Source: a virus
Taxonomy: Duplodnaviria > Caudoviricetes
Direction: 5' to 3' (one strand)
Virus record (IMG/VR): IMGVR_UViG_3300029288_000077
Location: 96,001 to 160,000 of that record
Length of the DNA stretch: 64,000 bases
The notes under the pieces were generated by a model. That model was not told the origin of the DNA, made no database searches, and worked only from the letters and a program-made list of their open reading frames with translations. Both the position numbers and the translations under genes were made by a program. Numbering within the stretch: the stretch's first letter is position 1; each line of letters begins with the position of its first letter. Shown in pieces: positions 61,117 through 64,000 of the stretch.

Positions 61117-61797
61117 ATGGTGGTTGGCGTTCTGCAGCCCAGCTACTTACCGTGGTTGGGGTATTTTGATCAAATAGATCAATCTAATATATTCATATTC
61201 TATGATACAGTTCAATATGATAAAAATGGGTGGCGAAACAGAAATAAAATAAAAACAAAAAATGGAATACAGTGGCTTACTGTTCCCATCACTAAAAAAG
61301 ACGGTTTGCTAAAAGATGTTGAAATAGTTTACGAGTCAGACTGGGTTAAAAAGCACCTAGAGTCAATAAAACAAACCTATGGCAAATATCGATTCTTTGA
61401 AGAAGTATATGAGATTATTAGTAATAGGTTGTTGCTGAAATATGGTAATTTAAGTATGCTGTGCTGCGATTTGATTGTTGACATTTGCAGATATATGGAC
61501 ATGGATAACATCATGTTCATGAAAGCATCTGATCTGCCTGAATTTACCGGTGATGCAAATGAGAGACTTGTGAAGATGTTGATGCACGTGAATGGTACAA
61601 TGTTTATAGAGGGTGCTTCTGGCATTAACTATATTAATGATAAAATGTTTGCTAGGAATGGCATAGAAGTTAAATTTCAGAACTATGAGTGTGTTAAATA
61701 TGATCTTACAGTCAATGAAAATTTGTCGGTGGTAGATGCATTATTTAGATTCGGAAAAGACACGATAAACGTGGTACAAAAAGGAAGAAAATCATGA
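61117..61797 (+). CDS. WbqC-like protein
   Basis: QPSYLPWLGYF, WRNRN.I, WLTVP, LSVVD.LF. Confidence 0.9.
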   Translation: MVVGVLQPSYLPWLGYFDQIDQSNIFIFYDTVQYDKNGWRNRNKIKTKNGIQWLTVPITKKDGLLKDVEIVYESDWVKKHLESIKQTYGKYRFFEEVYEIISNRLLLKYGNLSMLCCDLIVDICRYMDMDNIMFMKASDLPEFTGDANERLVKMLMHVNGTMFIEGASGINYINDKMFARNGIEVKFQNYECVKYDLTVNENLSVVDALFRFGKDTINVVQKGRKS

Positions 61798-62825
61798 AAA
61801 TACTGGTAACAGGTGGGGCTGGGTTTATTGGATCAGCATTTTGTCATTATATGAAAAATAAATATGGAAAGGAAGTCGAATTAGTTGTATTAGATGCTCT
61901 TACTTATGCTGGTAGTATAGAAAATCTGCCAGTTCATTATTCGCAAATCAATGAGGTTGAAGGGTTTTCGTTTTGGTATGGTAATATTACCAACAGTCAA
62001 TTAGTGAATGAACTTGTATCACAAGTAGATGTGGTGGTGGGGTTTGCCGCAGAAACCCACGTTTCACGTTCCATATATGACAATCAATTGTTTACTGTTA
62101 CAGATGTATTAGGTACTCAATGCATAGCCAATGCCGTTTGCAAACACAAAAAGTCCATTAAAAGATTCATACACGTGTCTACTTCTGAGGTGTACGGAAC
62201 TGCAGAAGCTGAAAGCATGTCAGAGGATCACCCTTTGAACCCAGCCAGTCCTTATGCTGCAGCTAAAGCAGGTGCTGATAGACTGGTGTATTCATATTGG
62301 AGAACATACGGCATTCCGGCCACAATAATTAGACCGTTTAACAATTATGGCCCAAGACAGCATCTAGAAAAACTTATTCCAAGATTCATAACGAACATGA
62401 TCATGGATGAACCATTAAGAATACATGGCGACGGAAGTGCTTCCAGAGACTTTGTGCACGCCGACGATACGTGTCGTGCTATTGATTTGTTGTTAAATAT
62501 TGATTCAGATTCCATAGACGGTAAAGTGTACAATGTGGGATCTGGTGTTTCTAGATCCATACTTGATATTGCAAAAGACATATCCTCTTTATTTGGTAAA
62601 GAGGCGAAACTGGAGAAAGTTGGTGATAGACCGGGACAAGTTGTTAGACATACGGCAGAATGTCATAAGATTGCAAGTCTGGGGTGGATTCCGCGAGTGG
62701 ATTGGATGGATGGGCTATCACAAACTATAGAATGGTACAAAAACAATAGAGACAGATGGGAAAAACAAATATGGATGCGATCAGTTCCTATAGTAACGGC
62801 ATCTGGGAAGAAGGAGTGGCACTGA
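61794..62825 (+). CDS. rfbB: dTDP-glucose 4,6-dehydratase (RmlB-like)
   Basis: TGGAGFIG, D.LTYAG, AAETHV.RS, ST.EVYG, Y.AAK, NNYGP.Q..EKLIP. Confidence 0.85.
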   Translation: MKILVTGGAGFIGSAFCHYMKNKYGKEVELVVLDALTYAGSIENLPVHYSQINEVEGFSFWYGNITNSQLVNELVSQVDVVVGFAAETHVSRSIYDNQLFTVTDVLGTQCIANAVCKHKKSIKRFIHVSTSEVYGTAEAESMSEDHPLNPASPYAAAKAGADRLVYSYWRTYGIPATIIRPFNNYGPRQHLEKLIPRFITNMIMDEPLRIHGDGSASRDFVHADDTCRAIDLLLNIDSDSIDGKVYNVGSGVSRSILDIAKDISSLFGKEAKLEKVGDRPGQVVRHTAECHKIASLGWIPRVDWMDGLSQTIEWYKNNRDRWEKQIWMRSVPIVTASGKKEWH

Positions 62826-63358
62826 TACGGTTGGTGCTTTCCGATCTTGAGCGCTACAAAGATTCATATAAGGCCAGAGGTTCGAAATTTTCCAAAAAAG
62901 CGTATTTGGAAAGTTTTGTGTTTAAACCTGGATTCCAGGCAGTGTTGTTATACAGAGTTTCTCATTTTTTGTATAAGGTTGGTATGAATTATGCAGCCTG
63001 GGCGGTTTCTAGAATCAATCAAATTTTGACGTCTGCAGAGATTGAATTCAACGCAGAGTTCGGCCCTGGGTTGTTTATTGCCCATCCCTCCGGTATTGTT
63101 GTTGGCAGAGGGTCGAAAGTCGGCAAGAATTGTACAATGTTCCAACAAGTTACATTAGGTGTTAGGAGTTGGGAGGATATGCGATATCCTGCTATAGGGG
63201 ATGGTGCTGTGCTTTTTTCTGGATCTAAAGTACTTGGTGGTATAAGAATTGGTAATAATGTTACAGTGGGTGCCAATGCCGTTGTGTTTGACTGTGCTGG
63301 TAATGACATGTTATGTGTTGGTAACCAAACCACAAAACATAAGAGAATGAAAACATGA
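62816..63358 (+). CDS. CysE-like hexapeptide O-acetyltransferase
   Basis: GPGLFIAH..GIVVG, P.IGD, IG..V.VGANAVV. Confidence 0.85.
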   Translation: MALIRLVLSDLERYKDSYKARGSKFSKKAYLESFVFKPGFQAVLLYRVSHFLYKVGMNYAAWAVSRINQILTSAEIEFNAEFGPGLFIAHPSGIVVGRGSKVGKNCTMFQQVTLGVRSWEDMRYPAIGDGAVLFSGSKVLGGIRIGNNVTVGANAVVFDCAGNDMLCVGNQTTKHKRMKT

Positions 63359-64000
63359 AGGTTGAATTCTTCAAACATTCTGTTGGTGATGAGGAAATAG
63401 AGTCTATAGCTCAAGCAATAAGAGGCAAGTTTCTTACTAATGGGCCAATTGTAGAAGAGTTTGAATGTGCCCTTGCTGAGTACATGGGCATGAAGTACGC
63501 TGTGGCCGTTTCTAGTTGTACTGCTGCCTTGCATTTGTCCCTGTTGGCGGTTGGTGTTGAGCCATGTTCGGAAGTGATAGTTCCAGCAATGACATTTGTG
63601 GCAACCGCTTTGGCAGTCATGCACGCTGGTGCTTCTCCTGTGATTGTTGACGTGTTGAAAAAAGACGGCAACGTAGATCCAGAAAAAGTTTATCAACGAA
63701 TAAGAGAAAAAACTAAGGCTGTGGTGCCAGTGCGTTTATATGGATCGTGTTGCGATGAAGAAGCAGAAATAGGAAGAATGTGTAGCAGAGATCACGTGCC
63801 TGTGATTGTTGATGCTGCACATGCTTTGGAAATGACCAAAGGTCGTGTTGTAAGCAACTTTGATGGTGCATGCCTAAGTTTCTATGCCACTAAGAGCATA
63901 ACGTGTGGTGATGGTGGCGCTTTTGTTACAGACAATGAGCATTTATATGAAAAAGTGAAACTGCTGAGAACGCATGGTATGAGTGCTGATGCCTCCGCCA
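63355..64000 (+). CDS. DegT/DnrJ/EryC1/StrS sugar aminotransferase, 3'-truncated by the window edge
   Basis: SSCTAALHL, PAMTFVAT, VDAAHA, SFYATK..T.GDGG; ATG at 63355. Confidence 0.92.
   Translation, partial: MKVEFFKHSVGDEEIESIAQAIRGKFLTNGPIVEEFECALAEYMGMKYAVAVSSCTAALHLSLLAVGVEPCSEVIVPAMTFVATALAVMHAGASPVIVDVLKKDGNVDPEKVYQRIREKTKAVVPVRLYGSCCDEEAEIGRMCSRDHVPVIVDAAHALEMTKGRVVSNFDGACLSFYATKSITCGDGGAFVTDNEHLYEKVKLLRTHGMSADASA

Overview
This window is a segment of a large tailed bacteriophage with a contractile tail. It uses the standard genetic code, Shine-Dalgarno sites and consensus sigma70 promoters. No capsid, terminase, polymerase or integrase is visible. There are four blocks. (1) 1-14.2 kb: fibre-like/beta-helix proteins, several with signal peptides, plus small accessory enzymes (GNAT, HAD, dCMP deaminase, macrodomain, metallophosphoesterase, nucleotide-sugar dehydrogenase). 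(2) 14.3-35.4 kb, + strand: neck, sheath, tube, tail chaperone with a -1 frameshift, tape measure, baseplate and tail fibre, interrupted by an antisense DHH phosphoesterase. (3) 35.4-49.6 kb, mostly - strand: a probable early region built from cassettes headed by a repeated strong promoter. It holds a RavA/ViaA-like AAA+VWA pair with a class 3 intein, tRNA-Lys, an orphan 3' half of tRNA-Glu joined to a stem-enclosed HNH gene, a solo TnpB, a fused nuclease-methyltransferase and a J-domain protein. (4) After an origin-like non-coding gap at 49.6-50.0 kb, a glycosylation/nucleotide-sugar cluster of about 14 kb runs off the window end. The most unusual items are the HNH/half-tRNA structure, short genes that reuse the first ~20 residues of large enzymes, the promoter-cassette architecture, and exported fibre-like proteins alongside a large glycan pathway. 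All calls come from reading motifs by eye; no searches were run.
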